This document shows positions 56,838 through 64,000 of a DNA stretch of 64,000 nucleotides, one piece after another. The DNA is from an uncultured delta proteobacterium (lineage in GTDB: Bacteria > Myxococcota_A > UBA9160 > SMWR01): NCBI GenBank assembly GCA_963832165.1, contig CAWHTE010000003.1, forward strand, positions 448,001 through 512,000, given 5' to 3'. Numbering within the stretch: the stretch's first letter is position 1; each line of letters opens with the position of its first letter. Position numbers and translations under genes: made by a program. The notes below the pieces were generated by a model that worked only from the letters and a program-made list of their open reading frames with translations, made no database searches and was not told the origin of the DNA.

Positions 56838-58334
56838 CTATCCCCTAGGGGATCCCCAGCGCGTCTCGAGCAGATCCAGCCCCTTGAGCAGCGCGTTGCG
56901 CAGGTCTCGCGGGTCGATCACGTCGTCGTAGGTCAGGCCCGCCGCCATGCCCCACGGCCCGGACCGCTGTCGGGCTTCGACCTTGGCCTGCGTGGCCTCG
57001 TCGAGCTTCGCTGATTTCCCGCCGGAATCGGCGGGCATCGCGTCCATCGTGACGCCCGGAAACGCGAACGAGAGCGTCTGATGGTCGAACGGGTTCTGGC
57101 CCATCGTGACGGCCCCGAAGCCGAACGATTTGCGCATCGTGACGTGCAGCTTCGGCACGCGCGCGCGGCGCTGCGCCTTGAACATCTTGCCGCCCCACTT
57201 GAGGATGCCGTCGCGCTCGGCCTGCGTGCCCGCCATCACGCCCGGATTGTCGGCGAGGAACACGAGCGGAAGGCCGAATGCGTCCGCGGTCGCGATGAAG
57301 TCCATCGCCTTGATCGCGGCAGGGCTGTCGACCGCGCCTGCGCGAACGGCCGGGTTGTTGGCGAGGATCGCCACCGAGCGCCCGCCGAGCCAGGCGAGTG
57401 CGCACACGAGCGAGCGCCCGTAGCGCGGCTGGATCTCGAGCAGGCCGCCCTCGTCGACGAGCTCCTCGAGGATCGGGAGCACCTTGTAGGGGCGGCGGTC
57501 GTTCGCGGGCATGATCTCGAGGATCCGCTCGAGCCGACGCGGTCCGGTGTCGGGTCCGCTGCGGCGCGGCGCGCGCTCGTCGCAGCTCGACGGGAAGTAG
57601 CAGAGATAACGCCGCGCGAGCGCGATCGCGGCCGCGTCGTCGGGCGCGACGTTGTGCGCGGTGCCCGCGATCTCCGCGCAGATCTTGGGACCGCCGAGCT
57701 CGTCCTTCGTGACGTCTTCGCCGGTCGCGGCCTTCACGAGCGGCGGACCGCCCGTGAACATCGATGCGCCCTCGCTCATGATCGTGATGTCGGAGAGCGG
57801 CGAGGTGAGCGCGCCGTGTCCCGCCGACGCGCCGAGCACGAGACACACCATCGGCACCTGGCCCGACAGATCCGCGAGCGCGAGCAGGTCGTTCGGCGCG
57901 CGGCCCGCGTGTCCGCCGAGCGTGCTCGTGAGCCGGTGGCCCGCGCCGTCGAGCATGAACACGAGCGGCACGCGCTCCTGCAGCGCGAGCTCGCAGATCC
58001 GATAGCGCTTGGACATCGCGCCGATCCCGATCGAGCCGCCGAGCACGCTGAAGTCTTCGGCGCCCGCGAACGCGGTGCGGCCGTCGATCTTGCCGAAGCC
58101 CGCGACGAGTGCGTCGGCCGGGATCTCCGTGCCGCCCGCGAGCGCGCCGATCTCGACGAACGTGCCCGGATCGAACAGGTGCGCGATGCGCTGGCGCGCG
58201 TCGAGCTTGCCCCGCCCGTGCAACAGGCGCCCGATGCGCTCGGGCCCGCCCATCGCGCGCGCGGCGGTCTGTCGGCGCTCGAGCTCGTCGAGCAGGGGTT
58301 TCCAGCCGTTCCAGGGATCGCCAGCGTCGCTCAC
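56838..58334 (-). CDS. Acyl-CoA carboxylase carboxyltransferase (beta) subunit
   Basis: GKLDARQRI..LFDPGTF, DFSVLGGS, MFTGGP, ELGG, DNPG, DDVIDP. Confidence 0.9.
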   Translation of the reverse strand: MSDAGDPWNGWKPLLDELERRQTAARAMGGPERIGRLLHGRGKLDARQRIAHLFDPGTFVEIGALAGGTEIPADALVAGFGKIDGRTAFAGAEDFSVLGGSIGIGAMSKRYRICELALQERVPLVFMLDGAGHRLTSTLGGHAGRAPNDLLALADLSGQVPMVCLVLGASAGHGALTSPLSDITIMSEGASMFTGGPPLVKAATGEDVTKDELGGPKICAEIAGTAHNVAPDDAAAIALARRYLCYFPSSCDERAPRRSGPDTGPRRLERILEIMPANDRRPYKVLPILEELVDEGGLLEIQPRYGRSLVCALAWLGGRSVAILANNPAVRAGAVDSPAAIKAMDFIATADAFGLPLVFLADNPGVMAGTQAERDGILKWGGKMFKAQRRARVPKLHVTMRKSFGFGAVTMGQNPFDHQTLSFAFPGVTMDAMPADSGGKSAKLDEATQAKVEARQRSGPWGMAAGLTYDDVIDPRDLRNALLKGLDLLETRWGSPRG

Positions 58335-58395
58335 GACATCCTCCGCGCGCGATGTTATATCAGCGGTCCCTCGCCACCCGCCCGGAGCAGACAGC

Positions 58396-59475
58396 ATGGA
58401 TTTCGGCCTGTCCGACGAGCAGCGCCTGCTCCAGGACACGATCCGCGGCTTTGCCGCCGCGGAGTGTCCGCCGGCGCGCTTGCGCCCGCTCTTCGAAGCG
58501 GGGCAGGGGCACGACCCCGGGCTCTGGAAGGGACTCGTCGAGATCGGCGTCGCGGGTCTCGCGTTGCCGGAGGATCACGGCGGCAGCGCGCTCGAGGTGC
58601 TCGATCTCGCGCTCGCGGCCGAGGTGATCGGCGAGAGCGCGCTGCCGGTGCCGTTCCTGGGTCACGCGCTCGCGGGTCTCGCGATCGCGTGGGGCGGCAG
58701 CCCGGAGCAGTGCGCCGCGTGGCTCCCGCGCCTCGCGACCGGCGACACGCTCGCGACGGTCGCACTCGGCGAGCCCGGCGAGCGCTGGCAGCCCGAGCAG
58801 TGGCAGGCCGAGCTCGCGCGCGGGCGGATCTCCGGGCGCAAGAGCTTCGTGCCCGACGGTGGCGCGGCCGATCTCATCGTGGTGGGAACGCGCGGCGGCG
58901 GGCTCGCGCTCGTGGTGCGCGGTGCCGCGGGCGTTCGCTGCGAATCGATGCCCGGCGTGGACCGCACGCGATCGCTCTCCGAGCTCGATCTCGCGCGCGC
59001 CGAGGCGGAGCCGCTGCCCGACGGCGCGAACGTCTCCGCGCGCGTGCGCGACACCGGGCTCGTGCTGCTCGCGGCCGACGCGTTCGGCGCCGCGTGGCGC
59101 CTCCTGCGCATGACGGCGGCCTATGCGGGTACGCGCGAGCAGTTCGGCACGCGGCTCGCTCAGTTCCAGGCCGTCAAGCACCAGCTCGCGAATGCGGTGA
59201 CCGAGCTCGAGCCGACGCGTGGACTGCTCTGGTACGCCGCGCACGCGGTCGATCGCCTGCCCGAGCGCGCCGCGCATGCGGCCGCCGTGGCGAAGGCGCA
59301 CATCACCGATCGCGCCGTCGGGATCGCGCGCGATGCGGTCGAGCTGCACGGCGGGATCGGCTACACGTGGGAATCGGACGTGCAGATCTGGTTCAAGCGC
59401 ATCTTGTTCGACCGCGCGTTCCTGGGCACGCCCGAGCTGCACCGCGAGCGCAGCGCGCAGCTGGCAGGTTGGTAA
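58396..59475 (+). CDS. Acyl-CoA dehydrogenase (short subunit of a tandem pair)
   Basis: MDFGLSDEQ, REQFG..LAQFQAVKH, LHGGIGYTWE. Confidence 0.92.
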   Translation: MDFGLSDEQRLLQDTIRGFAAAECPPARLRPLFEAGQGHDPGLWKGLVEIGVAGLALPEDHGGSALEVLDLALAAEVIGESALPVPFLGHALAGLAIAWGGSPEQCAAWLPRLATGDTLATVALGEPGERWQPEQWQAELARGRISGRKSFVPDGGAADLIVVGTRGGGLALVVRGAAGVRCESMPGVDRTRSLSELDLARAEAEPLPDGANVSARVRDTGLVLLAADAFGAAWRLLRMTAAYAGTREQFGTRLAQFQAVKHQLANAVTELEPTRGLLWYAAHAVDRLPERAAHAAAVAKAHITDRAVGIARDAVELHGGIGYTWESDVQIWFKRILFDRAFLGTPELHRERSAQLAGW

Positions 59476-60674
59476 TGGATCTCCGTTACGACGAGAACTA
59501 CGAGCTGTTCCGCGCCGAGCTGCGCGAGTTCCTGCGCGGCTGGCCGCTCACGGGTGCGGAGGCGCAGCTCCCGCAGCGCGAGCGCGAGGCGCTGTTCCGC
59601 GCGCGCGGGATCGAGCGCGGCTACGTCTACCGGCACATTCCGGCCGAGTACGGCGGCGCCGGTCGCGAGCCCGACGTCGTGATCGATCAGATCCTGTCCG
59701 AGGAGTACGCGCTCTCGGGCGCTCCGGGTCCACTGCTCACGCAGGGCGCCGGGATGCTCGCGCCGACGCTGCTCGACATGGGCCGCGAAGACCAGAAGCA
59801 GCGTTTCGTCGCGCGCGCGCTCAAGGGCGAGGACGTCTGGTGCCAGGGCTACAGCGAGCCCGGCGCGGGCAGCGACCTCGCGGCGCTCACGGCGCGCGCG
59901 GAGCTCGTCGGAAGCGAGTGGGTGATCCACGGCCACAAGATCTGGACCTCGGGCGCGGACAAGGCGGATTACATGTTCGGCCTGTTCCGCACCGAGCCCG
60001 ACGCGCCCAAGCACGGCGGCATCTCCTACCTCTTGCTCGACATGCGGCAGCCCGGCATCACGGTGCGGCCGCTGCGCGAGATGACCGGCGGCGCGATGTT
60101 CAACGAGGTGTTCTTCGACGGCGCGCGCACCCCGGCCGACTGGATCGTCGGCGAGCGCGGGCAGGGCTGGCAGGTGTCGCGCGCCACGCTCAAGCACGAG
60201 CGCAACATGATCGGCAACCCGAACGCGATGCGGCGCCTGTTCGACGAGCTGGTCGCGATGCTGCGCGCGGGGCACGCGCTCGAGCGACCCGAGGTGCGCC
60301 AGCGGCTCGCGGAGATCGAGGGCTACCTCCTGTCCCACGAGTACACGGGGCGGCGCATGCTCACCTCGACCGCGCGCGGCGACACCGACGACCTGGCGCT
60401 GCCGAGCCTGCTCATGAAGCTCTACGGCACCAACCTGCGGCGTCGCATCTCCGAGCTCGCCTACGACGAGATCGGCTCCGCGGGCCTGCTCGAGCCGAGC
60501 GAGGCGGAGCAGCAGCCGCTCGCGACCGGCACGCCCGGCACCTGGACGGCGCGCATGATGAGCGCGATCGCCGTCGCGATCGCGGGCGGCGCCTCGAACA
60601 TCCAGCGCAACATCATCGGCGAGCGCGGCCTCGGCTTGCCGCGCGATCTCCACGCGCGCAAGAAGCACTCGTAG
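59475..60674 (+). CDS. Acyl-CoA dehydrogenase
   Basis: WCQGYSEPGAGSDLA, GHKIWTS, FNEVFFD, HER, IAGGASNIQRNIIGER; TAATG coupling with the upstream gene. Confidence 0.93.
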   Translation: MDLRYDENYELFRAELREFLRGWPLTGAEAQLPQREREALFRARGIERGYVYRHIPAEYGGAGREPDVVIDQILSEEYALSGAPGPLLTQGAGMLAPTLLDMGREDQKQRFVARALKGEDVWCQGYSEPGAGSDLAALTARAELVGSEWVIHGHKIWTSGADKADYMFGLFRTEPDAPKHGGISYLLLDMRQPGITVRPLREMTGGAMFNEVFFDGARTPADWIVGERGQGWQVSRATLKHERNMIGNPNAMRRLFDELVAMLRAGHALERPEVRQRLAEIEGYLLSHEYTGRRMLTSTARGDTDDLALPSLLMKLYGTNLRRRISELAYDEIGSAGLLEPSEAEQQPLATGTPGTWTARMMSAIAVAIAGGASNIQRNIIGERGLGLPRDLHARKKHS

Positions 60675-60703
60675 GGCGGGAGAAGCCGAAGGCGGATCCC
60701 GCC
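60675..60703 (+). terminator. Stem-loop immediately after the ACAD pair (possible terminator or REP-like hairpin)
   Basis: ggcggga...tcccgcc enclosing gccGAAggc; no clear U-tract. Confidence 0.35.
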
Positions 60704-60790
60704 ATGCCGGATGGTCGAACACCAGCGATCGATCGCTATCCTGATCGTATCGGGGGGTGGGAGGCGCGATGCGAGGCATCCACCCGAGCG

Positions 60791-61477
60791 ATGCTGTTCG
60801 CTGACCGAGCCGACGCGGGGCGCGTGCTCATAGAGCGCCTGGGCGCCTACGCGGATCGGCCCGACGTGACCGTGCTCGCGCTGCCGCGCGGCGGCGTCGT
60901 GGTGGCATACGAGGTCGCGCACGCGCTGCGCGCTCCGCTCGATGTCCTCGTCGTGCGAAAGCTCGGCGTTCCGGGCCACTCCGAGCTCGCGATGGGTGCG
61001 ATCGCGAGCGGTGGCGCGCGCGTGCTTTCCCCCGACGTGATCGGAATGCTCGGAATCACGCAGTCGCAGATCGAGGCGGTGGCGGTGCGCGAGCAGTCCG
61101 AGCTGGAGCGCCGCGAGCGCGCCTATCGCGGCACGCGCGTGGCTGCGCCGATCTACGGACGCATCGTGTTGCTCGTGGACGACGGTCTCGCGACCGGCGC
61201 GACGATGCGCGCGGCGGTGCGGTCGGTGCGCGAGCATGAGCCGCGTCGGGTGGTCGTGGCCGTACCGGTTGGCGCTCCGGAGACCTGTGCCGAGCTGCGC
61301 ACCGAAGCCGACGAAGTGGTGTGCGCGCGCTCGCCCGAGCCGTTCTGCGCCGTGGGCGCGTGGTACGACGAGTTCTCGCAGACGGGCGACGACGAGGTCC
61401 GCGAGCTGCTCGCGCGCGCGGCGCGCGAGCTCGGCGGCGCCGCGTCGTCGTCGCATGCGGAGGGAGGCATGCGATGA
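60791..61477 (+). CDS. Phosphoribosyltransferase family protein
   Basis: FADRADAGR, LPRGG, VRKLG, LVDDGLATGATM, AVGAWY. Confidence 0.9.
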   Translation: MLFADRADAGRVLIERLGAYADRPDVTVLALPRGGVVVAYEVAHALRAPLDVLVVRKLGVPGHSELAMGAIASGGARVLSPDVIGMLGITQSQIEAVAVREQSELERRERAYRGTRVAAPIYGRIVLLVDDGLATGATMRAAVRSVREHEPRRVVVAVPVGAPETCAELRTEADEVVCARSPEPFCAVGAWYDEFSQTGDDEVRELLARAARELGGAASSSHAEGGMR

Positions 61478-61623
61478 TCCGCAAGCTAGCCGATGGCCGC
61501 TATCGCCTCTATTCGCGCAAGCGAAATCCCAGGACCGGCCGGCGCCGCAACCTCGGGACCTTCAATTCGCGCGCGGCTGCGCAGAAACACGAGCGCGCCG
61601 TGCAGTACTTCAAGCGCCGCTGA
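61474..61623 (+). CDS. Small basic hypothetical protein (49 aa)
   Basis: GGAGG RBS and ATGA coupling; MIRKLADGRYRLYSRK...NLGTF...HERAVQYFKRR. Confidence 0.75.
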   Translation: MIRKLADGRYRLYSRKRNPRTGRRRNLGTFNSRAAAQKHERAVQYFKRR

Positions 61624-62208
61624 TCAGCGCCCCTTCAGCAGCGCTTCCTTCAAGTCCTGCTGGACCGGCTTCGCTCCGAGCCAGATCTTGAGCAGCGCGC
61701 GCTGGAGATCCGGCCCCGCGATCGATCCCTGCGGCTTCCCCTTGAAGGTCACGCTCGTGGCGCCGGTGGTCGTGAAGTCGATGTCGATCGCGTCGCCCTC
61801 GGCCACGTCTCCGAACGCCGTGAACAGCTTCTCGATCTCGTCGAGCTTCGGCTTCAGCGCCGCGAGCTCCGCCTCCGTGTTGTTCGCCTGGATCCCCTCG
61901 TCGAAGGCGTCCCAGATCGTGCTCGCGCCGAGCGCGCGCTTCAGCACGAGTCGCACGCGCCGGAGCTGGCTTCCGCCCGCGATCACGGCATCGGCACTCG
62001 TCGTGCGAGACGGCAGGTAGAGCCCGATCACGTAGATCTTCAGCATCAGCTTGGTGCGCAGCCCGGCGCCGTTGAGGATCAGCGGAACACCCCCGACATC
62101 GATCGAATCGCTCAGCTTCACACCGGACACTTCCATTGCTCGACTGCTACTCGCGATTGCGGCGATTGCGACCGCCGCGATCATCCACGCGCCCATCGAT
62201 TTCTTCAT
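61624..62208 (-). CDS. Chalcone isomerase-like exported protein
   Basis: Signal peptide; LNGAGLRTK...YVIGLY, ALLKIWLG..PVQ.DLK..LL. Confidence 0.88.
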   Translation of the reverse strand: MKKSMGAWMIAAVAIAAIASSSRAMEVSGVKLSDSIDVGGVPLILNGAGLRTKLMLKIYVIGLYLPSRTTSADAVIAGGSQLRRVRLVLKRALGASTIWDAFDEGIQANNTEAELAALKPKLDEIEKLFTAFGDVAEGDAIDIDFTTTGATSVTFKGKPQGSIAGPDLQRALLKIWLGAKPVQQDLKEALLKGR

Positions 62209-62226
62209 GGCAATCTCCTTGTGGGT

Positions 62227-63072
62227 TCAGATCCGGACGGGGTGTACCGGTGCGCCCGCGACGTCGACGCGCGTGCGCAGCACGCAGCCGCGCAGGTCGG
62301 GATCGCCGGTGTGATCCGCCGTGGTGACGATCAAGTCGCAGCGGTCGGCGCCCGCGAAGCACACGCTCGTGACGACGTGCGCCGGTACGGCGAGGCTGCG
62401 ATCCACCGTCCCGTTGGTTCGGTAGCGGTCGACGCGGCCTCCACCCGCCGACGCGACCCACACGCCGCCGAGCACGTCCACCGCGATACCGTCGGGCCGT
62501 CCGTTCACCATCGCCCAGGTGCGGCGCGCGCTGGCATTGCCCGCGCGGTCGAAGGTGTGTACGAAGATCACGCCCGCGCGCGTGTCGGAGTGATAGAGCG
62601 TTCGCTCGTCCGGCGAGAGCGCGATGCCATTCGCGTGCAACACGCCGCCGTACACGACGTGCGCCTCGCCCTCCTTGTCGATCCGGTAGCACTCGCCCGG
62701 TACCGGCTGCGCGTTCGGGTCGAACACCGCGAAGCGCAGCGCGCCCGCGTAGACGCGGCCCGCCGTGTCGGTGCACAGGTCGTTCCAGCCCGGCAGTCCC
62801 GGGATCGAGAGCAGCGTGCGCGTGACGCCCGCGTGCACGTGCACGATGTCGCGACCCGAGCACACGACGCCTCCGTCGGCGTGCAGCGCGATCCCGCCGA
62901 CGCCGCGCCGCTTCGGCACGAGCGTGCTGACCGCGCCGGCGCGGTCGACGCGGTACACGCCGCCGCCGAGGACGTCGCTGAAGACGATGGCGCCCGCGGC
63001 GTCTTCCGTGGGGCCTTCGACGAGTCCGTAGCCGCGCGCGAGCACCTCGAAGTGCACGGGCTGCGGCGTCAC
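62227..63072 (-). CDS. SMP-30/gluconolactonase/LRE family protein
   Basis: LVEGP, FSDV, WND, ANGIALSPD, PDGIAVD, TSVCFAG. Confidence 0.9.
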   Translation of the reverse strand: MTPQPVHFEVLARGYGLVEGPTEDAAGAIVFSDVLGGGVYRVDRAGAVSTLVPKRRGVGGIALHADGGVVCSGRDIVHVHAGVTRTLLSIPGLPGWNDLCTDTAGRVYAGALRFAVFDPNAQPVPGECYRIDKEGEAHVVYGGVLHANGIALSPDERTLYHSDTRAGVIFVHTFDRAGNASARRTWAMVNGRPDGIAVDVLGGVWVASAGGGRVDRYRTNGTVDRSLAVPAHVVTSVCFAGADRCDLIVTTADHTGDPDLRGCVLRTRVDVAGAPVHPVRI

Positions 63073-64000
63073 TGATCCTGATCCTGGTCTTGGTCCTGAT
63101 CTTGATCCGCGCACGGGCCTTCGCAGGGAACGAACACGTCGAGCACCTCGCGGCGCAGCGGGTACTGTTCGGGATGCGCCGCCTCTTCCTCCTGCCAGCC
63201 ACCGCCGAGCGCGCGGTACAGCTGAACGACGCTGAGCAGCGCGCTCAGACGATTGCGCGCGAGCGCGTTCTCGGCCGGAAACAGCTCCTGCTGCGATTCG
63301 AGGACCTCGTAGTAGTTCGCGAGGCCGCCCGAGTAGCGCGAGTTCGACAGGCGCACGGCGTCCTGGAGCGCAACGACCTGCCGCTCGAGCTCGACGTTGG
63401 CGGCGAGGTACTTCTGGCGCGCCACGAGCGAGTTGGAGACCTCGGCCAGCGCGTTCAGCACCGTTCGCTCGTAGGCCAGGAGCGACTCCTCCCAGGCGGC
63501 GACGTCGAACTTGTATCCGTAGTAGAGCCGGCCGCCCTGGAACAGCGGGCCCGTCACGGCGGCGCCGATCGACCACACGTTGCCCGACTTCTTGACGATG
63601 TTCTCGATCTCGCTGCTCTGACCGCCGTAGAGCGCGGTGAGGCCGATCCGGGGCAGGAAGCTCGCGATCGAGACACCCACCTGCGCGTTCGCCGCGACGA
63701 TGTTCTCCTCGGCTTGCAGCACGTCGGGGCGGCGCCGCAGCAGCTCGGCCGGCAGCCCCGCCGGCACCTCGGGCGAGTAGTCCTGCTCGACCAGGGCGCT
63801 GCCGCGCGCGATGTCGCTCGGATGTCGCCCGAGCAGGATCGAGAGCTGGTTCTCCTTGGCCACGATCTGGCGCTCGAGATCCGGGATCGCCGCGGCCGTA
63901 CTCGCGAGCGCGGCCTCCGCGCGCGAGGTCGCGAGCCGCGTGCCGACGCCGCCGGTGAGCTGACGCTCGAAGAGGTCGAGCGTCTGCTGGAACGAGTCCC
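63069..64000 (-). CDS. RND efflux outer-membrane factor (NodT/OprM family), 5'-truncated by the window edge
   Basis: VPAGLPAELLRRRPDVLQAE, PLFQGG, VQLYRALGGGW. Confidence 0.93.
   Translation of the reverse strand, partial: DSFQQTLDLFERQLTGGVGTRLATSRAEAALASTAAAIPDLERQIVAKENQLSILLGRHPSDIARGSALVEQDYSPEVPAGLPAELLRRRPDVLQAEENIVAANAQVGVSIASFLPRIGLTALYGGQSSEIENIVKKSGNVWSIGAAVTGPLFQGGRLYYGYKFDVAAWEESLLAYERTVLNALAEVSNSLVARQKYLAANVELERQVVALQDAVRLSNSRYSGGLANYYEVLESQQELFPAENALARNRLSALLSVVQLYRALGGGWQEEEAAHPEQYPLRREVLDVFVPCEGPCADQDQDQDQDQDQ

Noticed and set aside
57081..59474. 1197-aa ORF upstream of and including the second ACAD
   Set aside because: Stop-poor shadow of the carboxyltransferase and first ACAD; the real start is 59475.

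Overview
This is a very GC-rich bacterial chromosomal window with about 53 genes. I found no rRNA, tRNA, CRISPR array, transposase or integrase. The gene content (PEP-CTERM proteins, many CoA-dependent lipid/steroid-type catabolic enzymes, a quinohemoprotein ADH) suggests a Gram-negative organism, possibly Myxococcota/'Deltaproteobacteria'-like; this is inference only. Housekeeping genes (xth, aroK, hemB, thrS) are interspersed with four kinds of accessory content. (i) Acyl-CoA catabolic genes: CaiB CoA-transferases, enoyl-CoA hydratase, P450, 3-hydroxyacyl-CoA dehydrogenase, thiolase, paired acyl-CoA dehydrogenases and a carboxyltransferase. (ii) Five PEP-CTERM-tailed exported proteins: three large ones clustered beside a YfhO-like membrane glycosyltransferase, a trypsin-like one beside an orphan GspD secretin, and a 66-aa one whose mature part is only about 19 residues. 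(iii) A compact aryl-polyene/xanthomonadin-like lipid cluster with a flavin-dependent halogenase. (iv) A hybrid sensor kinase. Non-coding signals include a 25-bp perfect inverted-repeat element at 507-698, a REP-like GNA-triloop repeat found in-frame at the 3' ends of two genes, a tandem duplication with twin sigma-54 promoters and a hemB relic, and a recurring leaderless promoter layout. Several genes carry single-base indels, most likely long-read assembly errors.
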